From contig JBQTIP010000149.1 of NCBI GenBank assembly GCA_052388025.1, positions 1-50,618 on the forward strand: a stretch of 50,618 nucleotides of DNA. The letters are read 5' to 3'. Below, one piece after another: positions 49,369-50,618 of the stretch. A model generated the notes under the pieces. It had not been told where the DNA came from. It was given only the letters and a program-made list of their open reading frames with translations, and did not search any database. Position numbers and translations under genes: made by a program. The DNA comes from Actinomycetota bacterium. Its GTDB lineage: Bacteria; Actinomycetota; UBA4738; HRBIN12. Each line of letters opens with the position of its first letter. Position 1 is the stretch's first letter.

Positions 49369-50460
49369 TCACTCGAGACTCATCAGGTACGCGACCAGCG
49401 CGTCGATCTGGGTCTGCGACAGGTCGTAGTCCGGCATGAACGAGCCCGGCTTTCGGGCGGGCGGATCCTCGAGCCACCGGGCCAGCTCCTCCGGCGTGTT
49501 CTCGAACATGCAGCCGGCGAAGCACTCCCGACTGGCGAAGTGCGTGAGGTTCGGCCCGCCGTTCGCCGCGGCCGCGGTGCCCTGGATCGCATGGCATTGG
49601 ATGCACGATCCGTTAAGGAACAGGTCCATACCCGCCGCGGCGAGCGATCCTGCCGGCGTCGCCGCGTCCTGCTGCTGCGCCCTGACCCAGGCGTCGAAGT
49701 CCTCCTGTGTCTGGGCGACGACCGTGAACCGCATGTTGGCGTGCGAGAAGCCGCACAGCTCCTTGCAGGACCCCTGGTAGACACCGGGCTCGTCTGCCTG
49801 GAGCGTCAGGTTGGAGACCCGCCCCGGGATCACGTCCTGGGTCCCGGCGGAGATCTCCGGCACCCAGAACGAATGGATGACCGCGGCGCCGACGGTCGCC
49901 GGGCTCTGGCCCTCGGGCGGCCCCGGCTGGCACTCGGAGGGCACGCCGCTGCCCTCGTATCCCGCGCCCGCGCCGCATAGCGTCAGATATATGGGCTTGC
50001 CGACAGGGATGTGGAGCTCGTTCGCCGTGTTGATCCCGAGCCCGGGGTACTCGAACTCCCACCACCACTGATGGCCGAGCACGTTCACCTCTAGGACGTC
50101 GCCGCTCGGCTTCCGAGCGAGGTCGAAGATCGTGGTCACGGTGGGGACGGCGACCACCGCGAAGATGAGCGCCGGCACGATCGTCCAGGCGATCTCAAGG
50201 CGTGTGTTCCCGTGGATCTGCGAGGGGATGCCCTCCCGGCCCTTGCGGTGCCGGTACCTGATCACCAAGAAGACCAGCGCCCCCTCGACGAGGACGAAGA
50301 TCCCGACGGCGATCCAGAAGACCGGCACGAACAGGTCGTAGGACTGCCGCGCCGTCGGGCCCTGGGGGTTCAGCGCGTCCTGGGGCGAGTTCTGGATGCA
50401 GGCCGAAAGCAGCAAGGCCAGAGCGGCGAGCCCAGGGACCAGCCGGACCTTCCTGCGCAC
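49369..50460 (-). CDS. ctaC: Cytochrome c oxidase subunit II with C-terminal cytochrome c (caa3), lipoprotein
   Basis: LSAC lipobox, LEIAWT, QWWWEF, HSFW, CKELCGFSHANM CuA site and CIQCH heme motif. Confidence 0.96.
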   Translation of the reverse strand: MRRKVRLVPGLAALALLLSACIQNSPQDALNPQGPTARQSYDLFVPVFWIAVGIFVLVEGALVFLVIRYRHRKGREGIPSQIHGNTRLEIAWTIVPALIFAVVAVPTVTTIFDLARKPSGDVLEVNVLGHQWWWEFEYPGLGINTANELHIPVGKPIYLTLCGAGAGYEGSGVPSECQPGPPEGQSPATVGAAVIHSFWVPEISAGTQDVIPGRVSNLTLQADEPGVYQGSCKELCGFSHANMRFTVVAQTQEDFDAWVRAQQQDAATPAGSLAAAGMDLFLNGSCIQCHAIQGTAAAANGGPNLTHFASRECFAGCMFENTPEELARWLEDPPARKPGSFMPDYDLSQTQIDALVAYLMSLE

Positions 50461-50518
50461 CTTCGCCTATCCCTCCCCGGCCTCGTTCGCGGCGGGCACC
50501 GAAGCGGGAGCCCGGCGC

Positions 50519-50527
50519 ACTCTAGCA
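50519..50527 (-). promoter_or_regulatory. Extended -10 of the cta operon
   Basis: TGCTAGAGT on the minus strand, the same TGCTAGNNT pattern seen before nuoA2 and tlpA. Confidence 0.5.
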
Positions 50528-50618
50528 CCACCCGCGCGGGCGCCGGCCGCGCCGGTCACACGCCGGCGTACGAATGCAGCCCGACGATCCACAGGTTCAC
50601 CGCGTAGTACGTGACGAG

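Overview
High-GC, actinobacterial-type DNA in two parts. Bases 1 to ~12,250 are a decayed accessory region. It holds two 3' halves of a CAT-anticodon tRNA (probably Ile2), each preceded by a conserved arm-like repeat block ~128 bp upstream and followed within 6-19 bp by a different IS481-family element (one triple-frameshifted, one intact). Between the tRNA halves lies an integrase-less cargo: a class III cyclase-NTPase-TPR gene coupled to a VOC gene. The region also has a truncated IS21 whose IstA is fused in frame to a UvrD-type helicase tail, an orphan 32-bp copy of the same IS21 end joining two broken genes, and a MOSC gene. Bases ~12,268-50,618 are a core respiratory supercluster: tRNA-Tyr/yajQ, a class III aminotransferase, htpX, a second complex I-like operon lacking nuoD/E/F/G, a long-chain prenyl synthase, a complete nuoA-N operon headed by a menJ-like reductase, a shortened prenyl synthase, a ctaA-ctaB fusion, a TlpA lipoprotein, a membrane-anchored tandem cupredoxin and a caa3-type oxidase operon. 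Rex-type operators precede both nuo operons. The best candidates for new biology are the tandem integrase-less att-cassette array with IS481 insertions at each junction, the atypical cyclase-NTPase/VOC module, the Rex-controlled truncated second complex I and the double blue-copper protein in the oxidase operon. All calls were made by eye from motifs; no searches were run.
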